Source of the DNA: Macrostomum lignano
Lineage: Eukaryota
Length of the DNA: 64,000 nt
Assembly: GCA_002269645.1 (NCBI GenBank)
Contig: NIVC01002371.1
Location: 62,001 to 126,000, forward strand
Direction of reading: 5' to 3'
Position numbers and translations under genes: made by a program
Notes under the pieces: generated by a model
What the model was told of the DNA's origin: nothing
The model's input: only the letters and a program-made list of their open reading frames with translations
Database searches by the model: none
Part shown: positions 11,401 to 22,096 of the stretch, piece after piece
Position numbering within the stretch: position 1 is the first letter of the stretch
Layout of the letters: the number at the start of each line of letters is the position of its first letter

Positions 11401-12649
11401 CGACACCTACAGCTGCTCATTCTCGTGCTAGGAAGCAATCTCAAGGCAGTCTAGCAAACAAGCGGCCAAGGACAGCTGGTACTCATGTTGAAGACAGACA
11501 CCAAAATTCTGAGGCATCATTGGCTTTAATTGCAAGTGAGGAACAGCGTGCCTTACCACCGGAACTACTTCCTCAAGTTCTTCAGGCTCATGAATCAGCA
11601 AAGGCAGCAAGTGCAAACGATCCCACAAATTCCAAGCCTCTCACACTGGCTGAATTTCAGGAAGGAATGGGTAAGGTTTAATTATTTCTTTCTTGTGCTT
11701 TTGTTTTTATGCTTTATTCTCATTATCTCAGTGTAATACAACTTTTTTACTCACAAATCCTGCATTTCGTGCTGCTTATGTAATCACTATCAGTATAGTA
11801 CAAATGTGAAACACCAAATGTTTCAGACAGTTTGAAGCGGTTCATCGCTCACAAACTGAGGAAGATTCGCACTTCATCATCCAGCTTGCATCAAATGGTA
11901 TCAGCTGATTTCCTTAAGGAGGTAGGTTTCTCAGTTTCTGTGCAAATTAATTTACTTTCTTTACTAACCATTTACTATAAAATTATTATATGCTTTACTT
12001 TGCCATTTTACTTTACTGTTTTTCTTATTTTTCGCTCTTCTTCATGTGGCTTGACGTTTTCACATTTCACTGACATTTATCATGACATAATCCAAACAAT
12101 CGGTCCTGAGTACCAATTTTCTTTGTACTTTTTCGTAGGAATTTGAAGGCCACGATGGGCGAGTTTGCAATTTCTCAGATCTGCCTCGTACAACGACGTC
12201 GAAGTTCATCAGGGCATATGCTTCTGCGAGGTATGGCGTCGAGTATGTGCAATCGCATGTTTTCGGAGAGTACAAAGGCACGACACAAAGGCCAAAGGCT
12301 CCAGGAGAAGTGCAAGACCATCTTAAGAGTAAGCGATACAATTTCTTTGCAACTGAATGTTTTTTGGCAACTGACTTAGTATTGTGGGCATTAGATGGAT
12401 GCAGGTCATTCTATATAGTCTTTTAAAGCTAAAAATTCAAACTGGCTCACTGTAGCCATTCCATTGTTGGAAAATGTTTGTGTGAATTTGCTGCTACTAT
12501 AAAATCTTTCTTAAAAAAAACTAGGCATTCTGAACAAGGCCTTCAATATCCCGAGGGATCAAACGGTTTCTGCGTGGACAGCCGTCAAAGACTCTCTGAA
12601 TCGACTTGGTCCAGAGTCAACCTTCCGCAAGCGAAAGGCCGGTGATTAG
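8500..12649 (+). CDS. Second EnSpm gene: 5 exons, ~390 aa, C-terminal BEN-like domain
   Basis: Exons 8500-8697, 11106-11670, 11827-11921, 12139-12328 and 12525-12649 are all GT-AG and phase-compatible, 1173 nt without an internal stop. The C-terminus TTTSKFIRAYASARYGVEYVQSHVFGEYKGTTQRPKAPGEVQDHLKSILNKAF...AWTAVKDSLNRLG...RKRK resembles the BEN consensus by eye. Confidence 0.7.
9261..10510 (-). mobile_element. Mariner element (1250 bp) nested in intron 1 of the EnSpm second gene
   Basis: ~30-bp TIRs (TTGGGCTGTTAGGAAAATTCTGTCCGTTTT versus the right end, 2 mismatches) and TA TSDs at 9259-9260 and 10511-10512. Confidence 0.95.
9335..10366 (-). pseudogene. Mariner D,D34D transposase with one premature stop
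   Basis: MARNFELN start, HTH, WTPHDL, TGDEKW, HDNARPH and YSPDLAPTDYHLF. A TAG at 9773-9775 replaces the expected TGG in CW(W)D; the 343-codon frame is otherwise continuous. Confidence 0.93.
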
Positions 12650-13109
12650 ACTGACGGCTAAACGTGTGTCGCAATATTTTAACTGAAGATGCAATCACCC
12701 AACTGCCATTCGACATGTAACAAACTATAACGTTTTTGAACTGAATCGATCCCTATTTTACGTTATCTGCGCTAAAGTCAAACTCTTACTCTGTAGTGTT
12801 TTTTTAATATAAAATGAAGCGACTACCTTAATTATTTTTTTAGAATAATAACTGTTGCGTTTGAAAAGTGTTGGCACTCTTTGTATGGGTAGTTAGGATA
12901 CCCTTAATGATTTCCGTAGTCGTTCAAAATGTATATATGTGGAAGAATCTAAACTCCTTCAACTTTAACGCCACCGAGCTAATTTATTCCACTTCATTTC
13001 ATATTTATCGATAGATGATGGTGCACATTCTTATTTCGATGGCACGGGTACGTAATTTTCTCCAAACTTTTCAGTCTATCCTAACACTCGTAGAACTGAA
13101 GTTGAAATT

Positions 13110-15506
13110 ATGAGTTCGTCGTCGGAAAGTCTGTCCTCTGGGTCGTCGGAAAGTCTGTCCTCTGGGTCGTCGGAAAGTCTGTCCTCTGGGTCGTCATATG
13201 TCTCGATGTCGGTTGATTCAAGTACACATTCGATTGACACATCCATGGGTGAATACAGCGATTCGAGCTCTTCCGCTGCAATTCAAGCAAACGTCGGCGA
13301 GCAACCGACTATTGCAATTCCTGCTGATGACGAGAATGAAGTGCAGGCAGCTGGTCCATCTGATATCGAGCACCCTGAAATATTTTCTGCGGATGAGGAT
13401 AGTAACCTTCTTTCTGTCTTTTGTATCCAAGGTATCTCTATGGAGGTCAAATGTGCCCTTCTAATGTTGTGGATGATCTTGTCGAACGTTTCCAAGAAAG
13501 CTGTTAAAAACATGCTTCGCCTCATTTCCATTCTGTCTCCTCGCGCTGCTTTACCTACATCTTACAAAGCAATGGAAGCGGTTCTGCTTCGTTCATTCAT
13601 TTTAAAACCGGACTTCGTTGTGAAAGTTTGTTTAGCGTGTCTACTTATAAACTGTAGTGAACATCCAGTCGACTCTTTCGAGGGACTATGGCTCTTAAAT
13701 GTAAACCATCAGGTGGAGCTTACAGTTGAAAGGCATTTAAATGATATTTTATCTTACCAGCGTGAGCTAAGGCGAGGATTTCAAACTGACATTCTGAACT
13801 CTGCTGTTAGCAATGAACTAGAAACCGGCTCATCTCCTGACATTTTTCACTTGTATTTTCTTCTTTCGGCTGACGGAGCAAACTTCTTTAAAGTTTCTGA
13901 AATGTCTGTGTGGCCTTTCTGTGCACTGTGCCTCAATTTGCCTGTTAGATTACGCCAGAAGTTTGTCAACATTATCACAATCGCTTTGTTTACCAATCGA
14001 GGAAAGCCGAATTTTGAAAAGTTTTTGCCTACTATTTTAAATCGCTTGCCTTCGTGTGTAAAAGTAAGGAATGTGACGTTTTTTCTTCACTTCTCGTTTT
14101 TTACCTGCGATTTGCCCGCTTTATCTCACCTTTTTGGAATCAAGCAATTCAACGGACAATTTGCTTGTCCCAGATGCATCCTACCTGGCAAGTCTCTAAA
14201 GGTGTCAGAAAAAGGCCAAGTTCGTGTCTTCCCCGCTGTCCATGGAATTCCGCTTCGAACTAATGCCATGCATGCGCAGCATCTCACAGTTCTCAAGGCT
14301 CAAGGGCTTAAGGATTATTTTGGAATCAAACGCGAAACTGCTCTTCTCAAAATCATTCGTTTTCCAGAAAATTTCATTGTTGATTCTATGCATTGTCTCT
14401 GGGAAGGTCAAGTAAAACACATTCTAGCCTTCTTGACTGATTCTAAGACTAAAAGCTGCAATCCCAATCATTACCGTGTGCTAGGCTCAGCATCTGTCAA
14501 TGTAATCGACTCTCAGATTATGCAACTGAAACTTCCCCAAGGTATTAGCAATGTTCCTCCAATTAGTCAGCTCTCACTTTGGAAAGCGAAAACATACAAG
14601 ATTTTTGCTCTGTATCTGTTTCCATCAATTCTGCTTCCACGAATCGAAAATCCCGAACTTAGGGGCCTGCTCCTTCTTCTTAATTCTATTTATAACTTGC
14701 TGTACTCGCAAAATTCTTGTGTTTCAACTTTAAAACGTCTGTGCAATATGTTTCTTAACCTGTGTCCTGAGTTTTTTGGCGAACGTGTTATGCTTCTTAA
14801 TTTTCATCTTCTCTATCATCTACCCGACCAGTATGAACGATTTGGTCCTCTGTATTGTGCATCAATGTTTCCCTTTGAGTCAGCTATGCATGGCTTTAAT
14901 ATGCTTCATTTTGGCAGTCGATTTCATGGAAAGCAAATTTCCGAAAAGTTTTTCTGGCTAAAAGTGCTATTGTATTCACTGCAACCTGCTGCAGGCTCCA
15001 ATCCCTCAATTTCTGATGCACTCCTTGTCATCGCTAAGCACTACTGCAATCCTCCTGAGCGCGAAAATCGAACTCTAGGCGCTTCTGGGGGTAAAATTTT
15101 AACAACCACTTCTGCGGATTGCACTTTAAAAACATGTAGTTCGTATGTCCTGGATGTATCAAATTCATATTTTGCTATTAATCATTTTGCCGATAGCAAA
15201 ATCTTTGGCTCTTTTCTGACTCCACAATGTCGTTTAATCGACTTACTGTTCAATGCTGTTCCGGATTTTACCAATATTGGTGCTAGTGCATCTGAACAAG
15301 CAATCTTTCTTGCTTTTTTTACATCTGATGTTCCACTCCGAAATATGCTTATCTTTACGAGTCAGGAACCCACTCGGGAAAATTACAATTGCATACGTCT
15401 CACTGATGTGGCTGCGAGGTGCATTCGAGTCGATGTCAACTTTCCGAACTTGCCATCAGGCAGTTTTTGTCTGGTACCCCTGTTGGAAGAGTGTGAGCAC
15501 GATTAG
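13110..15506 (+). CDS. EnSpm/CMC transposase, 798 aa, uninterrupted
   Basis: Motifs LSADGA...VWP, LNLP..R, CDLPA, FNGQFACPRC, VDSMH...EG and NFHLLYHLPDQYERFGPL...SMFPFES are typical of Tnp2-type CACTA transposases; the ORF lies within the TIRs. Confidence 0.9.
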   Translation: MSSSSESLSSGSSESLSSGSSESLSSGSSYVSMSVDSSTHSIDTSMGEYSDSSSSAAIQANVGEQPTIAIPADDENEVQAAGPSDIEHPEIFSADEDSNLLSVFCIQGISMEVKCALLMLWMILSNVSKKAVKNMLRLISILSPRAALPTSYKAMEAVLLRSFILKPDFVVKVCLACLLINCSEHPVDSFEGLWLLNVNHQVELTVERHLNDILSYQRELRRGFQTDILNSAVSNELETGSSPDIFHLYFLLSADGANFFKVSEMSVWPFCALCLNLPVRLRQKFVNIITIALFTNRGKPNFEKFLPTILNRLPSCVKVRNVTFFLHFSFFTCDLPALSHLFGIKQFNGQFACPRCILPGKSLKVSEKGQVRVFPAVHGIPLRTNAMHAQHLTVLKAQGLKDYFGIKRETALLKIIRFPENFIVDSMHCLWEGQVKHILAFLTDSKTKSCNPNHYRVLGSASVNVIDSQIMQLKLPQGISNVPPISQLSLWKAKTYKIFALYLFPSILLPRIENPELRGLLLLLNSIYNLLYSQNSCVSTLKRLCNMFLNLCPEFFGERVMLLNFHLLYHLPDQYERFGPLYCASMFPFESAMHGFNMLHFGSRFHGKQISEKFFWLKVLLYSLQPAAGSNPSISDALLVIAKHYCNPPERENRTLGASGGKILTTTSADCTLKTCSSYVLDVSNSYFAINHFADSKIFGSFLTPQCRLIDLLFNAVPDFTNIGASASEQAIFLAFFTSDVPLRNMLIFTSQEPTRENYNCIRLTDVAARCIRVDVNFPNLPSGSFCLVPLLEECEHD

Positions 15507-16612
15507 CTCAGATAACTTCAAACGCGCGTCAGTTTTTCAGGGTCATTGTCTTGTCTCGTTTTCTATTCTGTAAGTAGTCCTGGTTGTCAATGTAATCATT
15601 GCATGAAATTTTTTCTGGTACGTATTCCTGATTTATCTGCTGGGTAGCTATTGTTGTGTAGCTTTTGTCGATGTTAGCCAGCCGATGTGTGTGTGCTAGG
15701 CTTATTCTAAAAGCTCTATTGCTAGGACACAGGAAGAAAATATGACTGGGGAATTAGACGGGACCAAGAAAGAGACACTAACTGGCAAACTTTCGGCTAG
15801 CAAACGCCGGCTGGCTAACATCGTAGACCCAGTACCATCTAGTACTTGTACTTAAGCAAGCTTTGTTTCTTGTTAGTTTTTCTAAACTAAAAAGCCCTTT
15901 TTCACAAAACATGCGCGCCTAATGCTCAGCTATATTTATCCTACATGTTATGTTTTACGTTTTCTCTCATATGCCGTGCGCTTTGTTTAGATACACCTAA
16001 TTCTTTGTCACATTTTTGCAGTTTTTTATGTTTAATTGCTTTTACGTAAAACTCCGGGGACACAAATTTTTTTTTTACATTTGGCTTCTTTGTTTGGTAA
16101 TAAATATTACATTTTCGGCTCACTCACTTAGTTGAGACCTGTCTTATACATAAAACTAACCAATTGTGTTATTTTGAGTGTGTCTTATTGTGTGTACATC
16201 GCCCATGGTTTGGTAAGACAAACCAGAATAGAACTAAGTACGGTTTTAATGAGCCGATTTAAACGAAGGTACGAAGTGCAATGTATTCATATATATACGA
16301 GTATATATGGCTCGCAAGATGACTAAAAATGCATTATTTCTAATTAATTGCAACCACATTATAAATGCATTTTATATATATAGAATTTGCATTATAATGG
16401 CAATTATAATGCCATTAAGTGGCAATTATAATGCCATTAAGTGGCATTCAATGTCATTATAATGGCCAGTAAAAATGCATTATTTACCCATTATGGGTCC
16501 CTAGGGAAGTTAATGGCCCAGTTCACTAGCGCGCGTACATGTAAATATCTGCTGCATTGATTCGCTTGTCTATGGCAGAAACAGGACTTCACCACTGCCA
16601 ATGTAGCATAGA

Positions 16613-17487
16613 TAGTAATATTGCTTTTGTCACGCTATGTGTAACAGTGGGCATGCAAAACGGAACGGCCCATTAGAATTCTATGGCCAAGGGTTTGAAT
16701 TAACTTGAGAAAGTAAGCCATGGACAAGTCAATTTGTCATGCTATGTGGAACAATGAGCTAGAATAGATGGAACGGTTTGGGTTTTTTTGCAGAAAGAAT
16801 AAAAACCGACACAATAAAGCATATTTTGTCACAAATTAAAAGCATCAAAATTTCCAAAAGGTCAACTCTTAAAACAGATGTCGCTGCAAACAAAATTCAA
16901 ACAATATGTCCCAGCTTCCAGCCAGAGCACTTGTCAGCAGTGATTGCTTGGCCAACGGCTTCAGCCACCTCTCGCTTGAGTAACATGAATCTCCACTGTT
17001 CAAGTGTCTCCCTCAGGATTCGTATTAAAATTCTTTTCAGTGGAAATTTGGGCCATCCAAAAAAATTATCCAGTTTCCGTTAGGCCCAGTTGATGGCAGC
17101 GGTCTGCTAAGGGGTGTCAACTAAGTGGCTGGCAGCTTCCAACCTGCCGGCTTGTTCGAATTTTGACTGAATGCGGGGATCAGAAGAATTGGATACTCTT
17201 ATCAACACTAACACATCCTTCATCGACAGTCCACCGTGCAAGGCGGCGACGATACGCTGTCGATCGCGTTCAGAAATTTGCGGACAAATTTGCATCTTGT
17301 TGTCTCTGTGAAAAAAACTAAAACCGTTCCATCTATTCTGGCTCATCGTTCCACATAGCATGACAAATTGACTTGTCTATGCCTTACTTTCTCAAGTTAA
17401 TTCAAACGCTTGGCCATAGAATTCTAATGGGCCGTTCCGTTTTGCATGCCCACTGTTACACATAGCGCGGCAAAAGCAATACTATTA
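16613..17487 (-). mobile_element. Internally deleted Tc1/IS630-like transposon remnant with long inverted repeats
   Basis: ~160-bp inverted repeat (16613-16775 versus 17322-17487) containing CAGTGGG...CCCACTG. The minus-strand interior encodes a paired-type HTH start (QISERDRQRIVAALHGGLSMKDV) and a decayed C-terminal fragment (DNFFGWPK). Confidence 0.65.
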
Positions 17488-18205
17488 GCTCCTAGTAGCC
17501 AATTTGTTCAAATTTTAGTTAAAATTTAAACACGAATATAAAATACGATTGCTTATTTAATCGTTAAAAAATTGTACTATTCTGAGCCGGGAATGTGTTG
17601 TCTGTGGTAATTTTTAACAAAAACTAGGATATTATATCATATAATCTCCTCGAAATCAGGAGCAATCGAATTTAATATATGATAAACGCCGTTTAATTCA
17701 TCATAGTCTATGGTTAGAATATCCTCGGCTACAATCAGACAAACGCAGCCTCAGACATTCTAACCACAGAATGTGAATTAAACGGCGTTTATTATTTACA
17801 TAACTGCATGCAATCGATAAAGACATGATTATTTTGGTTCCGACTTGTAGATTGATTTTTTTGTAAAATCTTCATATATAGAGCAACTTTACCCATAAAC
17901 AAAAGGCAAATCGACAGCAAACTGCAAACTGTCAGTCGTGTCAAGTGTCAAAAGCCAAGGCTGCTCAGATAGGCTCAGATAGCAAACCATAAGTTGTCAA
18001 GAAAAATCATAAAAAGTGTTTCGCGGTTCTTCTCTCATTCTCAAAGTAGGTGCGCCCTGTGCCCCTAATTCCTGTAAAGGGAAATGAATATTCGGACAGC
18101 AGTTTTGGAAAGCGAGTTACTGACAGACTCGCTCTGGCATACACCAGAAGCATTAAACCAGTGTTTTCCCCAGTTTTTTTGCTGATTCTGATTTTTGCTG
18201 ATTTT

Positions 18206-18782
18206 TTTGCTGAGATGAGGGAAGGGAGATGAGGGAAGGGAGATAAGGGAAGGGAGATAAGGGAAGGGAGATAAGGGAAAGGAGATAAGGGAAAGGAGAT
18301 AAGGGAAAGGAGATAAGGGAAGGGAGATAAGGGAAAGGAGATAAGGGAAGGGAGATAATGGAAGGGAGATAAGGGAAAGCAGATAAGGGAAGGGAGATAA
18401 GGGAAGGGAGATAAGGGAAAGGAGATAAGGGAAAGGAGATAAGGGAAAGCAGATAAGGGAAGGGAGATAAGGGAAGGGAGATAAGGGAAAGCAGATAAGG
18501 GAAGGGAGATAAGGGAAGGGAGATAAGGGAAGGGAGATAAGGGAAAGCAGATAAGGGAAAGCAGATAAGGGAAGGGAGATAAGGGAAAGGAGATAAGGAA
18601 AGGAGATAAGGGAAGAGAGATAAGGGAAGGGAGATAAGGGAAGGGAGATACATGTAAGGGAAGGGAGATAAGGGAAAGGAGATAAGGAAAGGAGATAAGG
18701 GAAGGGAGATAAGGGAAGGGAGATAAGGGAAGGGAGATGCATGTAAGGGAAGGGAGATAAGGGAAGGGAGATAAGGGAAGGG
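18206..18782. repeat. Purine-rich 14-bp minisatellite (GGGAAGGGAGATAA)n
   Basis: Tandem units read directly; explains the SLISLPLSPFPY ORFs. Confidence 0.95.
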
Positions 18783-19264
18783 ACTTTTAACCTCAATCAC
18801 CTCAATCGTACGCTGATACCAGACAACAAAGTAAACAAAGTAGTTACTCGTAATTAGTGTCTTTTTGTGATGGGCTACTAGCTATATAACATTTGTGTCA
18901 AATTTACGGTGTAACAATTGCTGTATAAGTCTTTCAAGTGGTTTTAAAATCTAGCGGAAATATTCATCAACTACAGTGTATGTACATGTACTTCGCACGC
19001 TCATAGCTTGATACGATTTTTATTACTGCTAGCTACAGCTGCAGGTTAATTGTCATCTTTACTGCTACGTGTGCCGTGTATACTCAGGCTTGCTAAGAAA
19101 AAAGGAAATTGAAGATCATTAAGTTTCAATTTAGTCAACTAACATTTTAATTAGTTTGCAACAATTTGACAATACAAAAACTTGCGACACAAAAGTACCT
19201 TGCAGCAATCGTGCAACATTTTACGAAATATGATAAATTCTTAAGTCGGTATATTGATAGTTTG

Positions 19265-19564
19265 TTAATCATAGTACTCTTGAGTACCAGGCGGGTTACC
19301 ACCAGGTGCGCAGTTGCCCATCTTCGATAGTATCGGGTTGCATTTTTTCGAACAACAGTCATTGTCGGACTGGCAGAGACGGCCGGTCTTTGTGCAGAAC
19401 TTGGGCGGACAGGCGCGCGATCCGAGACCTGCTTTGACGGGTGAGTAGTATATGAGAAACATGTGCGCAATATTTTTTTGAATTAAAAACACATCTATCT
19501 AAGCTTTCTAACTGAGCTTACCGAAGAACATGACAATGGCTAACAGCATTATGAAGTACTTCAT
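19265..19564 (-). CDS. Secreted knottin/ICK (conotoxin-like) peptide, paralog A, 68 aa
   Basis: Exon 1 19564-19522 (MKYFIMLLAIVMFF, GTAAG donor); exon 2 from 19428 (CAG acceptor, phase 1) to TAA at 19265. Product: MKYFIMLLAIVMFFGLGSRACPPKFCTKTGRLCQSDNDCCSKKCNPILSKMGNCAPGGNPPGTQEYYD. Confidence 0.85.
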
Positions 19565-19662
19565 CGCAAAGAAGTAGGTCTGCTTGCTTGTTGCTTTAGA
19601 TCGCAAAATCTAGTATAGCTAGGGTTGTGTATGCAGAGAATTGTTTCAGTATAAATACCAAA

Positions 19663-19669
19663 CTTATAT
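19663..19669 (-). promoter_or_regulatory. TATA-like box ~100 nt upstream of knottin A
   Basis: TATAAG on the minus strand; the same motif sits at the same distance upstream of paralog B (24454-24461). Confidence 0.55.
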
Positions 19670-21940
19670 CGGCTCTGTCTAGTGTGGAAAGAGTTTGCTG
19701 TTGATTGTCTATGGCCAAAATACAGTTCGATTGGATTAATCTTCATTCTGCAAGCTGTGTTATCTATGCTCGGGTTATCAGTTCAGGATTATATGATAGA
19801 AATGTAATTATATAATGAATTATAATATTTCTGTTTGTGTTTTGAACCTAGACATTTCAACTGGCTTCATTACGGCTGATCAAGTCTTTCATTATAAAGT
19901 CAACAAGGAGCTGGTCACACTGTTTGCTAAACATTATTCTATGGCCTACCCGAGCCCTAATGAACGTCCAAGGAACGCCATTATTCCAGGCTTCCAATGC
20001 GCATTTCAACCATATGATGAGGACGCACTTTTTCCCAAATCCCGCGCTAGCACATGGGCTCTAAACTTACTTGCCTACTAACAGTGGGCAGTGGGCATTT
20101 TTATCCTTTTTCTGCGAATTTTCATAGAATCTATACTAGATATAATGTCTGGTCATACTAGTAGTCATAATAACATAGGCGCAGCTTTTTGGGTCATAAA
20201 TCATCGCTTTCAAAGTTGGTCTGACAGCCACCTGCGCCTCACTCAGTGTTGAAGCGGGCGCCAGATGGTCTGAGAGGATGCGGGCGGTAGCTTTTTTCTC
20301 ATCATTTTGACAGGCCATCAAGATTTATGAGGTCAGAGCCTATTGTTTGTGTTCACTCAAGCGTGTGACAGCTTTGACAGCTATGCGTTTTACCCCTAAA
20401 AGTACTTTGGGATTAGCGATTAGCGATTTCTCTTCATTATCTTCACTTTCTATTTAATAAGAGCTTTCTAATGTATATTTTTTCATTAATTTCTGTCAAT
20501 CCTACGCGAAAAGTCATAAATCATTTTGTTGCGATTTTGAGTGATTTATGGCCGCACCTGTCATCTTTTTACGACCCTGTGGGAACTGATAGGATCTCTC
20601 GGTCACGTGATTCTGGGTGGCAACAAGCTTAGCCAATCAGAAAATTCGGCGCTCATTTTAACAAAACGGCTCAGCCAATCAGAATCGACGTGTTCCATTA
20701 TAACAAACTGCGGTCCAGTTGGCGGCTATTTAAACCGGTGTTTTTGGCCCGCTCGGACTCAACTTTGGCTCGGGCCCAGCGCGCAACTTCTGGTTCCCGG
20801 AGCACGACCGTCGTTTCTTGATCCCCGGATTGCGACTTCCCCCATCATCATCAAGGACGAGTCCCCCGGTCGACAGCAGCGAACATCCAGTTAAGAGCAT
20901 CACCTGCTAGCTAACAGCGAAGATTGTGACAGCATCATCCCGAGTCTACAGCTGCAGAGCATCGAGCCGATTCGGTCACTGTGGATTACCTGGTCTCCGG
21001 CTGTTGAGTTTCTGATTGGTTGGGTGAGAGGCTACCTAGACTTGCTTGATTGGGTGATCCCTTATCTGTCCCCTGTTGCAGTAGCTGAATTAGGCGCACA
21101 CTTTTGCTCATTTTGTTCAATAGTGCTGTTGCTGAGGCAGAAATCATTCAATAATACTGCTAGTAGTCTAAGACTCCAATTCAATCTGAAGTGTGAAGTG
21201 AACTAAGGAGAAGGTTAAATCTAACAGTTATTTTTATCGGTTTTATTTCTTTGTTCGCCGATGGCTCAGATGAGTAGCTAAGCTAGTAGGCGCCGGTCAC
21301 AGTGGACCAATGGCAAGGCAGTTCTCAGTCGACCAATCTATCAAATCAGTGAGCAAAACTGCCAGAAGTGCAGAATCGGCGCCAGAGATGTACTTTGTGC
21401 ATTCTAGGGTAGCCAAGCGGCTCGGGTAAATGAATCATGCGGTCTCTGAAGTTCGAGTTAGTCTATCATCAGCGCTATGAGAGGCTAGTTGGCGCGTTGA
21501 AGGCCAAAAGTACATATCTTCTGTAAAGTGTGCCTCTCCTTCTCGGGTTCTCGAAGAAAATTCGAGAAAATAAAAAAGTTCCTAGAAAATAAAACCCGCT
21601 GCTCCTGAAGAAGCTAGATAGCATCGGAGTACTACCTATCGATTTGCCTGAAAATGAACCTAAAACGTTGCCGTGACTTGGTAGGGTTGCTGCCACCTTG
21701 GTGTGCGGACTCGACGCGTCGGCAGAGTTGTCTATCCGTCACCTGAAAGAAAAATAACAAAGTCGCTCGGAGCAAAGGCAAATCTGAAAAATGTCTCGAC
21801 AGTCGATCGTCTTAGTAGAATGCTGCTCGAACCTGAAAACCTGTAAAACCTGAAATGAGAGAGCTCGGAGGCAGAGGCAGCTCCGGTCGAGCCCAGGCAG
21901 GACGACGCGATCTGGAGAAAAATGGCTCGCAGATGCTTCG

Positions 21941-22096
21941 TATTTATAGCCGAGCGGACCCCTAAAAGTCACGTGAGTTTCATGCGGTGAGCGCGTGAAA
22001 CTTCCTTATTTGGGCATTGGAATCATGCGGGCGACGCGTGATCCAAGGCCAACTTCCAAATAAGGCAACCCTGTCACGCAGCAGTGGCGTGACTCA
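21941..22096 (-). promoter_or_regulatory. Candidate immediate-early-type promoter: TATA, E-box, two CArG/ETS sites, AP-1
   Basis: TATAAATA 21941-21948 (minus strand), CACGTG 21970-21975, CCTTATTTGG 22004-22013, CCAAATAAGG 22056-22065 (each overlapping a GGAAG ETS core on the minus strand) and TGACTCA 22090-22096. Confidence 0.55.

Larger units (their letters stand above)
7824..16506 (+). mobile_element. Full-length EnSpm/CACTA (CMC superfamily) DNA transposon
   Basis: 35-bp TIRs: 7824-7858 CCCTAGGGACCCAAAATGGACAAATAATGCATTTT and 16472-16506 as its reverse complement with 3 mismatches. AA flanks both ends (2-bp TSD), AAATGCATT(A/T)TT subterminal repeats occur at both ends, and a CMC-type transposase lies inside. 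Confidence 0.88.

Noticed and set aside
19815-20321. Two short ORFs that look vaguely like decayed retroelement coding sequence
   Set aside because: No motif could be assigned with confidence.
20620-20740. Two CCAAT boxes plus TATTTAAA on the plus strand
   Set aside because: Common motifs with no supported downstream gene; could be TE-derived.
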